Numbered from the stretch's first letter, positions 36,301-50,064 are shown. The stretch is DNA of 64,000 nt from Haliotis cracherodii (GCF_022045235.1 NW_027266269.1:17174001-17238000); one strand, 5' to 3'. A program made the numbers and translations. Notes: generated by a model not told the origin, from the letters alone.

Positions 36301-37400
36301 TTGGATTTTTATGCATACTTCGACACTGTCTGTGTACCAACAGGCTACAGTTGTATATGATGTCTGGTGCATCGAATTTACAGCAGCATTTTGCAATCAA
36401 CTTCACATAATCCTGGGGTTTGTCCAGGTTAACTGGTTCCATACATAGCAAACAAGTCGCCATCTGTGATCTACATAGGACACCTTCAGTTGAGAATAGT
36501 CACCTGCGAATAGTAATAGTTGATAGAAATATGGTTGACATGTGTCCAGATACAAATGTTGCTTTTCCGATTATAGCAAATGATTTTTGTGCTAAATGTC
36601 TTGATTATATCTTCTGAATTAACTTTTAATAAAGTTTCTGAGAAGCTAATACCATTTGAGAAAAATAACTGCTTCCCGGAGTTTGGATTATCTCCCTTGA
36701 TTTTCCTTTAAACAAATGTTGATGTTAATTTTAAGGCTCTGTTTCAAATTTTATATTTATATTTGTTCATATTTTCATCAGTTATTCCTCTCTAGAGCCA
36801 ATCAACTATATATTATACAAGTTTTCATTTTAGCTATAAAAGAAAAATAGCTTATACATACCTTTATGTTCTTGAGGTCTATCTTTAAGATATTGTATGC
36901 TCGGCCGCCATTTTGAAGAAGGGAATACTTTGGGTTTTTTCAATTATATTTGTTTCTAACTTGATTATTTACGTGAAGACAATAAACTGCATGATTTTAT
37001 ATGCAAAACGTCAACATTATAATAAATCGGTTCATGTTCTGCAAGAATTACTGATATTAACAAATTTATGTACTTTTTCGTCATTTTGAAGCATTATTTT
37101 AAATTTCTATGTGAATTTTCCTTTCAAAATTGTTAAATATACATTCTTTTGCATTTATCCTGGCAAGCTAATATAGATACACTCATCATAAATGTTTTTT
37201 TTGTTATTGGTTCCACGTTTATGACTATTATTACTTTTGTTGGCGGCCATCTTGGATTTGACCTATTTTCGGATGGTTCCCCATGTCCGATTTTGGTAAA
37301 CTATTTTTTATTTTAATGTATAGGTGCCAAGGCACCAAGATCCAGCAATAAACCTTTTCCGTCAATTTTGTTGAACCTGGTCCTTTTAATTACTGGACTA
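33351..37400 (-). mobile_element. Academ DNA transposon, degenerate, both ends intact
   Basis: TAG...CTA termini, about 150-bp TIRs, 3-bp TSD ATG. Minus-strand fragments GGFHT*MSFVGTVGNLMAGS...MLSGKSVSQAVRAHF, FVQYQAGYIDH..FDGTGSIH and EWGW...CTGKCDENTCSCR. Confidence 0.88.
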
Positions 37401-38446
37401 ATGCCCCTTTAGCTACATGATCTAGGTGTACTGCATTTTGGAAATCTCCTTTGAGATATGATGTCTGGGTTTACCATGTTTATGAAGCTGAAATTTGTAT
37501 AATATTCTAACTACAGGGGTGGATCATTCTTTTCTGTGTCAGTGGACATAGTGACTTGCAGTTATTATTGTTGGTAAGTCACAAGGCATGGTGTGCAAGT
37601 CAGAGTTTTCAATATGGGACTGGTCATGTAGTGAAAGGGAGAGAGTTGGATGGGAGAGGGTTGGTTTGTGTGTGAAAAGATGACACAAATCTTATTCTAA
37701 TAAATTAAAAGTTTATTTAGGAACTGGTCATCAAAATATGATATAGTCCTAAAACCAAGCTGAGTAATATGGGTTTCATTTGTTTTGTGTATTTGAAGTT
37801 TTGCCAGGAGTTTACCATGTTTAACTCATCTGTGACCTTCATGCACAACTACCAGGGAGACATGGTTAAAGTAGAACCCTCTGTGGCCTCAATCTGGCGG
37901 GAGTGTATGTCTACGTTATGCTGTGTAGGTAGTTTACTCTGTTACGTTTGGTCTTCATTCCCGGGATATGATGAGTCAAGTATTGCAGATATTTCACGAC
38001 ATATAACATACAACATTTATTCTTGATATTAAATTGTAATTTGTGTACACTGTCAACATATCACATATAGTGAGAGCACAATTCAGATGTGATTTATATT
38101 ATGACCACAGCAGCTGAACTTGTTGACTGTGTGGAAATGACATTTTGAACCGTAACAAGCAATGTCAGTACATCAGCTGGTATGTCTCAATGTGAAATAC
38201 ATAATACAGTGACTACGACATGTACAAAGGTTCTTTGTCTATTATGATATTGTGAAAGTGTCCCGTAGTCATGTTAATGTTGCAAATATTCGCGAGGATT
38301 CACACATGATCAAGTGAGCTTCAGTGGGTTGTGGTTCTGTCTTTATGTTAGGTTTGTTTCTTGTCTGTGTGAGACTATCTGATGTCTGGTTTATGCGCCA
38401 AGGGCATGGTCCTGGTGGCTGCAACATAACCTGACAACATTTCCCA

Positions 38447-38703
38447 TTTGTTGTTTAACGCCGCACTCAGCAATATACCAGCTATATAACGGCGGTCTGT
38501 AAATAATCGAGTCTGGACAAGACAGTGCAGTGATTGACATCATGAGCATCGATCCACGCAATTGGGATACAATGACATGCATCAACCAAGTCAGCGAATC
38601 TGACCACCTGATCTCATTAGTCACTTCTTACGACAAGCATAGTCGCCTTTTACGGCATGCATGGGTTGCTGTAGACCTATTCTACCCCTGATCTTTATGG
38701 GTC
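38447..38703 (-). mobile_element. V-domain SINE-like element, family B
   Basis: Reverse-complement match to the 32986 copy, including the tail GCGGCGTTAAACAACAA. Confidence 0.88.
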
Positions 38704-38744
38704 AGCCTAAAGAGAGGTTCAAGGACAAACCTCACACACCTGGA

Positions 38745-41190
38745 ACATGAAGACCTGGGTGTATCAGGATGGTTGTTATGAAGACCTAGATGGAGCAGGG
38801 TGGTCATGAAGACCAAGGTGGGAGCTGTGTGGTTGTCATGGAGACCTAGGTGGGAGCAGGGTGGTCATGAAGTCCTAGGCAGGCCTCAAAGTTGCGACTA
38901 AAACGATGGCCAGTGCGACCCATATTTTCAATTTGTCTAAAATTTGATTAAAATTCAGAGGTCGCCAAATGGCTACCTTGAAAAATATCTTGTGGCAACT
39001 AAATTCTATTGCTCACATAGCAATTTGTGTAGACACAAATTTTCAGACACACAATTTTCTTGATGGCCAGTGCTGTCACAGTCGCAATGGAATGCATTTA
39101 CCGTACTCATGGTCTGTTTCATTGATATTCCCATAGCACACTGCAGCATTGAGGGATTCAGTTTTGTAAACTCTTTCAATGCCGAAGCCTCGAGTCCTCG
39201 GACACTGTTGGCCGGGAAACTGGCCAAGCCGTAGTCACGTCAAAATAGTATAGATAATTTAATAAACCTACCTGTCAAATTATGCATTTATTAAATCTGT
39301 CACATTTCACAAGATCTGAAATGTGTATTCCATTTCAATTTATAATTTTTTATCGATAGATTAAACAAATGTCCACAATTTCCCGCAATGTTATTGAAAA
39401 TAAAATTCTCGGACACACAGTTCACTTCGACAATGGGTCCACATCAATAATGTCAAAGAGCAAAATAAAGACGTTTGAAGCAAATCTTCAAATATATTCT
39501 ACTGAGTAATGAAACAATCAGCAAAAAATATTTCTAAAAGATGTCAAACTTACATCTAAGTTAATATTTCCATCTTGCGATCACGTATAACATGGTATAA
39601 TGCAAGTCAAATGACACCACAGATTTCGTCGCTTCGATTTCTCAGCTCAGATACGATGTTTAATGCCAAAATATATGCATAAAAACTCTTTGTCACAGCT
39701 CGTAACCTAGCATAAAACATCCATGAAGTTCCATATTTTTAATATAGATCGCGATTTTCTGCCTAAAAACGTTAGGAATAATAAGATTTAGCTGTAAATC
39801 ATAGCTGTAATTTGATTGGCTTCCTTAGGTCACATGCTCAAATTTGACCAATCACAAACCTTGTAGCATATTTCGACAAGAAAGCATCATTAGAAACCAA
39901 TTTTTTTACAAAGAAATAGTATGTTACGATTGTGTAGATGAAAAAACAAGCTTTCTAGCGGTGTGTCATGGGACAGTCTTCAACGAACGTGTTATTCATT
40001 TGAAGCTTCGAAAACGGAGGTATTTCTTCATGTTACTGGGTGCCTTTTGTGGGAAATAAATAACACCATTTACAACACCGGTATTTGCTTTCAGTGTCTT
40101 ATCACTTTGAATATATTCAGTTAACATCCAAACACACATTGTCGAAGACCTATAGAAGTCTGTTAATGGTAGATTGTTATACTATTTTATTTTAGTCGAC
40201 AATGCTCATTGGATAAGCAAGGCTATACCTATGTCCTCTTGTAATAAGATGCATCATTGTTCGAGTCACAAATAACACAAACAACAAAAACCAAGTACAG
40301 TTTCCACTAATATACAATTTCAAGCCTAGTGCTATGAATTGTATACATATTATGATAGTTATTTGATAAATGATAATTTGAAATGTTTTTGGCTACCTTA
40401 AATTTTGGCTTGTCTTGTTGATTGGCTACCTGGAAAAAAGTAATGGTGGCCATATGGCTACTAGTTAAAAAACAATACTTTGAGACCTGCTAGGTGGGAG
40501 CAGGGTGGTCATGAAGACCTAGGTGGGATCTGTGTGGTTGTCATTGAGACCTAGGTGGGAGCAGGGTGGTCATGAAGACCTAGGTGGGAGCTGTGTGGTT
40601 GTCATGAAGACCTAGGTGGGAGCTGTGTGGTTGTCATGGATACCTAGGTGGGAGCAGGGTGGTCATGAAGACCCAGGTGGGAGCTGTGTGGTTGTCATGA
40701 AGACCTAGGTGGGAGCTGTGTTGTTGTCATGGAGACCTCGGTGGGAGCAGTGTGGTCATGAAGACCTAGGTGGGAGCAGGGTGGTCATGAAGACCTAGGT
40801 GGGAGCAGGGTGGTCATGAAGACCTAGGTGGGAGCTGTGTTGTTGTCATGGAGACCTAGGTGGGAGCAGGGTGGTCATGAAGACCTAGGTGGGAGCAGGG
40901 TGGTGATGAAGACCTAGGTGGGAGCTGTGTTGTTGTCATGGAGACCTCGGTGGGAGCAGGGTGGTGATGAAGACCTAGGTGGGAGCTGTGTGGTTGTCAT
41001 GGAGACCTCGGTGGGAGCGGGGTGGTCATGAAGACCTAGGTTGGAGCTGTGTTGTTGTCATGGAGACCTCGGTGGGAGCAGGGTGGTCATGAAGACCTAG
41101 GTGGGAGCTGTGTTGTTGTCATGGAGACCTAGTTGGGAGCAGGGTGGTCATAAGGATTGAGTTGGGGCAGGGTGGTTGTCATGAAAGTCT
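38745..41190. repeat. 29-32-bp minisatellite (GAAGACCTAGGTGGGAGCAGGGTGGTCAT) interrupted by a DNA transposon
   Basis: Units at 38745-38879 continue at 40490-41190. Confidence 0.92.
38880..40489. mobile_element. Non-autonomous hAT-like DNA transposon, 1610 bp, 5-bp TSD
   Basis: Termini CAGGCCTCAAAGT...ACTTTGAGACCTG, TSD CTAGG on both sides, subterminal TGGCTACC-type repeats, and no long ORF. Confidence 0.8.
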
Positions 41191-42487
41191 TTATGCTGGC
41201 ATAAATTCTTTATTTCTTGTCAGTACCTGTATAGCTGTTGATCCAGCCAATGATTAACCTGCTAAATGCTTCATTGTATCAAAGTGGGATAAGTTTCTTC
41301 AGGGTCAGTCCATGCAGCTTCATTCGCAACATGTAATATGCAGATGTGTGACATAGATAACATTTCCAGTGGAACACGCTCAAGTGCATGTAATATTTAT
41401 GCTTTGCAATTCTTCTGAGTGCCGCTTGCAGCGTTAGAAATTCGCACTAGTCCTGTAGTCCTTTACCAAACTGCCCTATAGTAAAGGTATCCTAAGGACC
41501 AGTAGAAATTGGCCCATTTTAAGGGTTTTGCTGTATCTTGTCATTATATGGACTAGTGGACTGAAAACTGTTAGTTTCTAACTCTGGTTTGTAGGATATG
41601 ATATGTATGGCCTCCCAATTGAAATGGAAGTGGAAATTGCTCCGTGTGGAGTGAACACTGTGATCAGAAAGTATCAATAAATAATATGAATAAAGCCAAT
41701 TGTCAGTTATCATCAGGAATACAATCTGGGAGTTAGCTTGAGTATTGCCAGCCTGATCATGCTGATTAACACTGTGTTATTTTAGTTACAGGTTCAGTGT
41801 TAAAACCTGCTCTCCAAAGACACTTCAAAATTGAATGGCAGCTTAAAACAGTAATAGTCAATTCAGATATAATTTGACATAGTTTTATTGACAAATTAAG
41901 GGTTGGTCTTTAATAAATATTTCCTTGGGTTTTGAGGGAGCAGAATGTTTAGAATGTTTTCATGAGGTGTGGCGTGTTGATATGGGTAGATAACATTAAG
42001 TGACAAGGCCTTATAGAAGTCCTCTTGTCCTAAATTGTACTGACAAGCACAATGTGTTTTGCACATGTCTTAAGCCTGTCATCAAATGGTGAAATGGCTC
42101 ATGGTATACTCTTACATAATGACAAGAAATTAGAAAGGCATGTATGTGATTGGTGAGTAGACAGTTCCTTAGTTGCAATAAAGAGGGAATTTGAACATGT
42201 TGATATGGAAAATTATTTCAGGTCTTTTCTAAAATTATGTTCAATTAGTTTGGCACATGTAGGCGTAATAAAAAACACTTTATGTGTATAATGGTAGGGA
42301 AATATATGCAGCTCACATCATTTGTACACCCATCAGTTGCTATGTATGTACGGCATGAACTGCTCAAAGCTACATATGTATTCCACTACTTACTCTTTTA
42401 GAATTGTTAACACAAACACACACAAGCATGGTTTTTACTAGTGCACCATAACAGCGGCCTCAACTTAAATGATAAATGTGGAGTCGC

Positions 42488-43850
42488 TGGGCCTCATGAT
42501 GGATTGAAACCACTTGGCCTTATGATGAAGGTGAAACCACTGTACTGGGCCTCATGATGAAGGTGACACCACTGTACTGGGCCTCATGATGAAGGTGAAA
42601 CCACTGGGCCTCATGATGAAGGTGAAACCACTGTACTTGGCCTCATGATGAAGGTGAAACCACTGTACTGGGCCTCATGATGAAGGTGAAACCACTGGGC
42701 CTCATGATGAAGGTGAAACCACTGGGCCTCATGATGAAGGTGAAACCACTGAACTGGGCTTCATGATGAAGGTGAAACGACTGTACTGGGCCTCATGATG
42801 AAGGTGAAACCACTGTACTGGGCCTCGTGATGAAGGTGAAACCACTGAACTGGGCCTCATGATGAAGGTGAAACGACTGTACTGGGCCTCATGATGAAGG
42901 TGAAACCACTGAACTGGGCCTCGTGATGAAGGTGAAACCACTGAACTGGGCCTCATGATGAAGGTGAAACCACTGAACTGGGCCTCATGATGAAGGTGAA
43001 ACCACTGTACTGGGCCTCATGATGAAGGTGAAACCACTGTACTGGGCCTCACGATGAAGGTGAAACCACTGTACTGGGCCTCATGATGAAGGTGAAACCA
43101 CTGTACTGGGCCTCATGATGAAGGTGAAACCAATGGGCTTCATGATGAAGGTAAAACCACTGGGCCTCATGATGAAGGTGAAACCAATGGGCCTCATGGT
43201 GAAGGTGAAACCACTAGGCTTCATGATGAAGGTGAAACCACTAGGCTTCATGATGAAGGTGAAACCACTAGGCTTCATGATGAAGGTGAAACCACTGGGC
43301 CTCATGATGAAGGTGAAACCAGTGTACTGGGCCTCATGATGAAGGTGAAACCACTGGGCCTCATGATGAAGGTAAAACCACTGGGTCTCATGATGAAGGT
43401 GAAACCACTGGGCCTCATGATGAAGGTGAAACCAGTGTACTGGGCCTCATGGTGAAGGTGAAACCACTAGGCTTCATGATGAAGGTGAAACCACTAGGCT
43501 TCACGATGAAGGTGAAACCACTAGGCTTCATGATGAAAGTGAAACCACTAGGCTTCATGATGCAGGTAAAACGAATGGGCCTCATGATGAAGGTTAAACC
43601 AATGGGCCTCATGATGAAGGTGAAACCACTGGGCCTCATGATGAAGGGTAAAACCGCTGGGCCTCATGATGAAGGTATAACCACTGGGCCTCATGATGAA
43701 GGTAAAACCACTGGGCCTCATGATGAAGGTGAAACCACTGGGCCTCATGATGAAGGTAAAACCACTGGGCCTCATGATGAAGGTGAAACCACTGGGCCTC
43801 ATGATGAAGGTGAAACCACTGGGCCTTATGGTGAAGGTAAAACCAAAGGT
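42488..43850. repeat. 27/32-bp minisatellite (GGGCCTCATGATGAAGGTGAAACCACT[GTACT])
   Basis: Direct tandem repeats; they explain the repetitive ORFs at 42729-43914. Confidence 0.97.
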
Positions 43851-44042
43851 GATTGTTTTCTTTTCATTAAAACATGTTGTTTTGTATCATGACAAGTTAA
43901 TTAACCAACCCTAGCGCAAACATCAGTTCATCAGGTTATCACAAGATGTTGAAAATATGGTAGCCAGGTACGACAATGGTGCCCCTATGTTTGCCTTGTA
44001 GTGTATGAGTGTCTGTGTTTTTGCAGTCAGTATGCTGGGAGT

Positions 44043-44180
44043 ATGGTGACAGAAGTGAAGGAGTTGTCTGGTAGCTCCGGTACGGTGGTGCACATTCCCT
44101 CTATGGCTGTCAGAGGCAGCTCCAACAACAGGAATGATGTGGAACACTTTCACCATGAAGAACACAGAATCAATGCCAAG
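44043..44180 (+). CDS. SLC25A42: Mitochondrial CoA transporter SLC25A42-like, coding exon 1 (MVTEVKEL...HRINAK)
   Basis: Acceptor ttttgcag at 44026, ATG at 44043, donor AAG|gtaaat; phase 0 fits the next exon. The N-terminus is poorly conserved, so the assignment rests on splice phase. Confidence 0.65.
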
Positions 44181-44344
44181 GTAAATAATCGTTGCTTGCT
44201 CTGTATTTGTAACTCAACGTGTTTGTCCGGGGTAGCAGGGTTGCTGCCATTTACACAGTTGTTTTCATGTTCATGTGGGTGGTAGCAGGTGGTTGTCATG
44301 GTGTTCCATAAGCATCCATTGGTAGCATTAAAGTTTGGGAAAAG

Positions 44345-45150
44345 GGGAGGTAGCAGGATGGTCATGAAGACCTAGGTGGTAGGAGGCTGGTTGTCATGAA
44401 GACCTGGGTGGTAGGCGGCTGGTTGTCATGAAGACTTAGGTGGGAGCAGGGTGGTGCTGAAGACCTGGGTCTTGTTCCTCAAAGGGATCTTAGTGCTACG
44501 ATTATCGTAAATCTGTGTTAAAATATGGGAGTTACGATCATCTTAGTGCTAAGATCGCTTTGTGGAACAGACCTCTGGAGAGGAGCAGGGTGGTCATGAA
44601 GATCTGGGTGGGAGCAGGGTGGTCATGAAGACCTAGGTGGTAGGAGGCTGGTGGTCATGAAGACTTAAGTGGAAGCAGGGTGGTCCTGAAGACCTGGGTG
44701 GGAGCAGGGTGGTCCTGAAGACCTGGGTGGGAGCAGGGTGGTCATGAAGACCTAGAGGGGAGCAGGGTGGTCATGAAGATCTGGGTGGGAGCAGGGTGGT
44801 CATGAAGACCTGGGTGGTAGGAGGCTGGTTGTCATGAAGACTTAGGTGGAAGCAGGGTGGTCCTGAAGACATGGGTGGGAGCAGGGTGGTCATGAAGACC
44901 TGGGTGGTAGGAGGCTTGATGTCATGAAGACCTGGGTGGGTGCAGGGTGGTCATGACAACCTGGTGGGAGCAGGTTGGTCATGATGATCTGGGTGGGAGC
45001 AGGGTGGTCATGAAGATCTGGGTGGGAGCAGGGTGGTCCTGAAGACCTGGGTGGGAGCAGGGTGGTCTTGAAGACCTGGGTGGTAGCAGGGTGGTCATGA
45101 AGACCTGGGTGGTAGGAGGCTGGTTGTCATGATGACAAAGGTGGGAGCTG
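44345..45150. repeat. Second array of the GAAGACCTGGGTGGGAGCAGGGTGGTCAT minisatellite, interrupted by a small palindromic MITE (about 44467-44575)
   Basis: Same unit family as 38745-41190. Confidence 0.9.
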
Positions 45151-45949
45151 TGTGGTTTGGGTGAACATTGTTTGGTAGCATTATAGTTTGGCAACACAAA
45201 CTCTACAAGAGCTATTTGTAAACTTCACACCACTTGCCACAACATTCTTAAGGCAGGGTAGGGGACATTAGTATATGGATGCTATTAATGAGATGCCACT
45301 GTTACGTGTTCTGACCAAAATGTGTTGCCACACCTACTTATATTATCCTATGGAGCACAATTTGGCATTTAGTGACCTACAAGTTCTTCCGAAACTATTT
45401 GAAACTGCCTGCCAACCCTCCTGCCCATGACCCTCAAGAGTTGTGCATTTCCAAACACATCATCTTCCAAGGTGACTGGAATATCATCTAAGGTGCCGTG
45501 GTTCCCAGAGTTGTATCCCTAGGCATGCCAGCAACCTAGAAACCTGGGTACGAATCCCGATTGGCTCTGTTTAGGTTTGTCAGCACTGTACCCATGCTCT
45601 TGGGTTTCACCAAGTGGTACTGAGACCTGCATCACACTTGCAGCTTTCCTCTCACATTCAGCTAACACACATACAGCTTGACCAGTATGTTCCACTATCA
45701 TGGACAATGGGGCAAAGAATCCCTCCTATTGTTACTTAAAATCTTCAGGAATTTGATTGTTTCCCGAAATGCAGATATGTGAGAACTTTACAATATTTAG
45801 AATTTATAAAAAGCCGACGAAAATGACTGCAGATGCATTATTAAGCTTCATGAAAGAAGTGCTTGTTAGTTGAATGTCACAGCTTGAGTTTCATTGGAAT
45901 TTGATATTTTACAAGTGATTTAAGGGCAGTTAAAGGCACAGCTGTGTAT

Positions 45950-48095
45950 GTAGTGTAGCGTNNNNNNNNNNNNNNNNNNNNNNNNNNNNNNNNNNNNNNN
46001 NNNNNNNNNNNNNNNNNNNNNNNNNNNNNNNNNNNNNNNNNNNNNNNNNNNNNNNNNNNNNNNNNNNNNNNNNNNNNNNNNNNNNNNNNNNNNNNNNNNN
46101 NNNNNNNNNNNNNNNNNNNNNNNNNNNNNNNNNNNNNNNNNNNNNNNNNNNNNNNNNNNNNNNNNNNNNNNNNNNNNNNNNNNNNNNNNNNNNNNNNNNN
46201 NNNNNNNNNNNNNNNNNNNNNNNNNNNNNNNNNNNNNNNNNNNNNNNNNNNNNNNAGTGTAGCGNNNNNNNNNNNNNNNNNNNNNNNNNNNNNNNNNNNN
46301 NNNNNNNNNNNNNNNNNNNNNNNNNNNNNNNNNNNNNNNNNNNNNNNNNNNNNNNNNNNNNNNNNNNNNNNNNNNNNNNNNNNNNNNNNNNNNNNNNNNN
46401 NNNNNNNNNNNNNNNNNNNNNNNNNNNNNNNNNNNNNNNNNNNNNNNNNNNNNNNNNNNNNNNNNNNNNNNNNNNNNNNNNNNNNNNNNNNNNNNNNNNN
46501 NNNNNNNNNNNNNNNNNNNNNNNNNNNNNNNNNNNNNNNNNNNNNNNNNNNNNNNNNNNNNNNNNNNNNNNNNNNNNNNNNNNNNNNNNNNNNNNNNNNN
46601 NNNNNNAGCGTAGTGTGTAATGTCATGTAGTGTAGTGTAGTGTAGTGTCATGTAGTGTCATGTAGTGTAGTGTAGTGTGTAATGTCATGTAGTGTAGTGT
46701 AGTGTAGTGTAGCATAGTGTGTAATGTCATGTAGTGTAGTGTAGTGTAGTGTAGCGTAGTGTGTAATGTCATGTAGTGTAGTGTAGTGTGTAATGTCATG
46801 TAGTGTAGTGTAGTGTAGTGTAGCGTAGTGTGTAATGTCATGTAGTGTAGTGTAGTGTAGTGTCATGTAGTGTAGTGTAGTGTAGTGTGTAATGTCATGT
46901 AGTGTAGTGTAGCGNNNNNNNNNNNNNNNNNNNNNNNNNNNNNNNNNNNNNNNNNNNNNNNNNNNNNNNNNNNNNNNNNNNNNNNNNNNNNNNNNNNNNN
47001 NNNNNNNNNNNNNNNNNNNNNNNNNNNNNNNNNNNNNNNNNNNNNNNNNNNNNNNNNNNNNNNNNNNNNNNNNNNNNNNNNNNNNNNNNNNNNNNNNNNN
47101 NNNNNNNNNNNNNNNNNNNNNNNNNNNNNNNNNNNNNNNNNNNNNNNNNNNNNNNNNNNNNNNNNNNNNNNNNNNNNNNNNNNNNNNNNNNNNNNNNNNA
47201 ATGTCATGTAGTGTAGTGTAGTGTAGTGTGTAATGTCATGTAGTGTAGCGTAGTGTGTAATGTCATGTAGTGTAGTGTAGTGTAGTGTCATGTAGTGTCA
47301 TGTAGTGTAGTGNNNNNNNNNNNNNNNNNNNNNNNNNNNNNNNNNNNNNNNNNNNNNNNNNNNNNNNNNNNNNNNNNNNNNNNNNNNNNNNNNNNNNNNN
47401 NNNNNNNNNNNNNNNNNNNNNNNNNNNNNNNNNNNNNNNNNNNNNNNNNNNNNNNNNNNNNNNNNNNNNNNNNNNNNNNNNNNNNNNNNNNNNNNNNNNN
47501 NNNNNNNNNNNNNNNNNNNNNNNNNNNNNNNNNNNNNNNNNNNNNNNNNNNNNNNNNNNNNNNNNNNNNNNNNNNNNNNNNNNNNNNNNNNNNNNNNNNN
47601 NNNNNNNNNNNNNNNNNNNNNNNNNNNNNNNNNNNNNNNNNNNNNNNNNNNNNNNNNNNNNNNNNNNNNTTGTTTGTTTGTTGTTTAACGCCGCACTTAG
47701 CAATATTCCAGCTATATGACAGCGGTCTCAAAGAAATCGAGTCTGAACCAGACTGTTCAGTGATTGACATCATGAGCATCGATCCATGCAATTGGGATCG
47801 ATGACAAGCATCAAACAAGTCAGCGAACTTGACCACCCGATCCTGTTAGTCGCCTCTTACGACAAGCAGTCAACTTTTATGGCGAGCATGGGTTGCCGAA
47901 GATCTGTTCTACCCCGGATCTTCACGGGTCTAGTGTAGTGTAGTGTCATATTGTGTTATGTATGTCGTGTTGTGTAATGTGTGTTGTGTTGTGTCGTAGC
48001 GTGTCATATTGTGTAATGTAATGTGGTGTAATGTTGCGTTGCGTAATGTAACGTAACGTAACGTAACGTAATGGTATGTATTGTAATGTATGTAA
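45950..48095. repeat. (GTGTA)n-type microsatellite region with four assembly gaps and an embedded family B element (47670-47930, -)
   Basis: AGTGT pentamer runs; N tracts at 45962-46255, 46265-46606, 46915-47199 and 47313-47669. Confidence 0.9.
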
Positions 48096-48211
48096 TATAT
48101 GTAGCTCCCAAACAAATGCTTTTGACATACAGGTCATACAGCAATATATGTGTCTTTGTTCAGAGCCATTGGGATTAATTAGCATTTGATAAATGCCCAT
48201 ATCTGTTGCAG

Positions 48212-48320
48212 GTGCCGCAGCACAACAAGTTCATCACTTCACTCATTGCTGGAGCCCTGGCTGGAGCTGTGGCCAAGACCACCATAGCTCCACTGGATAG
48301 AACAAAAATAAATTTTCAGA
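48212..48320 (+). CDS. SLC25A42: SLC25A42-like coding exon 2
   Basis: [36 protein letters not shown] contains the first carrier PxDxxK motif; AG/GT boundaries. Confidence 0.95.
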
Positions 48321-49267
48321 GTAACTGTCATTCATTCTAGTTTTATCCTACTTGATCCCATCATCCTCAGGGACTTCTGCCATAGCTAGTTGTCCATTGT
48401 TGGTCAGTTGTTTGTTGTTTAAAGTGGTAATTCAGGGCTTGAAACTACTCAGTGCTGCTGTGCCTTTAGCACACATAAAAGAAATATAATATCTACTTTA
48501 ATTTTATGTGCTAGTTTCCCAGCTTCCCCATTAGTTGCATGTTGCCTGTTGTAAGTCACTTCCTGTGATTCAAGTAGACTCTATCTTATAGACGTTTGAA
48601 GAGATGTTCAAGATTGCACAAAATACATTTGAATGTACTTCTTTCCATATTTTGACAGAATATCACAAATATTAAGTAGGTATTGCATTTCAAAGGCAGT
48701 GGTTATTCCCGTTGACTGTTGTGAAATGCCAAACAATCACTATTTGGCAATATCGAAGAATCTGAAAAGAAAAATTCCACTACAGTAGAAAAGTTACTGC
48801 AAGAAAAACAGCCTATACCGCTGCCACTGCCCCCTCCGCCGAGTGCTAGTGCAATCCCTGAGAAGTGAATATTGATTGTAGACACGACTGACATGTGTGA
48901 TAGAACAAATGTAATCAGCCTGAGGTATTCACAATAACGGGCCACTTACAAACTAGAAGTTGTGGTTAATATGTGACGGGGCTAAAAATTGAATATAATG
49001 CAAAATTTGCAAAGAGTATGTATGGTCAACCAGTTGGAAAATGGGAAAATAATGTAGGGATTTCAGAACCGTTAACTTTAAAACATATTTACAATCCAAT
49101 GAATATTTAAAGGTGTTCAATATGCACTTTTAACAGAAGCAAGTGAATCACAGTTGGAAATAGGTGTAACTGACTTAATTTGTCATAAAATATTTTGATC
49201 AAATGGATTAGCAGCCTTTTGTTTTAATTATTGGGAAATATAGACAAGGCACAACTAAATCTAAAAT

Positions 49268-50064
49268 GGCACACCTGAAAAACAGGTCCAGTACCCTTGG
49301 GCACACCTGAAAAACAGGTCCAGTACCCTTGGGCACACCTGAAAAACAGTCCAGTACCCTTGGGCACAGAAAAACAGGTCCAGTACCCTTGGGCACACCT
49401 GAAAAACAGTCCAGTACCCTTGGGCACACCTGAAAAACAGTCCAGTACCCTTGGGCACACCTGAAAAACAGGTCCAGTACCCTTGGGCACACCTGAAAAA
49501 CAGGTCCAGTACCCTTGGGCACACCTGAAAAACAGTCCAGTACCCTTGGGCACACCTGAAAAACAGTCCAGTACCCTTGGGCACACCTCAAAAACAGGTC
49601 CAGTACCCTTGGGCACACCTGAAAAACAGGTCCAGTACCCTTGGGCACACCTGAAAAACAGTCCAGTACCCTTGGGCACACCTGAAAAACAGGTCCAGTA
49701 CCCTTGGGCACACCTGAAAAACAGGTCCAGTACCCTTGGGCACACCTGATAACAGGTCCAGTACCCTTGGGCACACCTGAAAAACAGGTCCAGTACCCTT
49801 GGGCACACCTGAAAAACAGGTCCAGTACCCTTGGGCACAGAAAAACAGGTCCAGTACCCTTGGGCACACCTGAAAAACAGTCCAGTACCCTTGGGCACAC
49901 CTGAAAAACAGTCCAGTACCCTTGGGCACAGAAAAACAGGTCCAGTACCCTTGGGCACACCTGAAAAACAGGTCCAGTACCCTTGGGCACAGAAAAACAG
50001 GTCCAGTACCCTTGGGCACAGAAAAACAGGTCCAGTACCCTTGGGCACACCTGAAAAACAGGTC
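49268..50064. repeat. 30-32-bp minisatellite (GGGCACACCTGAAAAACAGGTCCAGTACCCTT)
   Basis: Direct tandem repeats; they explain the 280-aa repetitive ORFs. Confidence 0.97.

Noticed and set aside
45877-47836. ORFs with long X runs
   Set aside because: They span assembly gaps and microsatellite.
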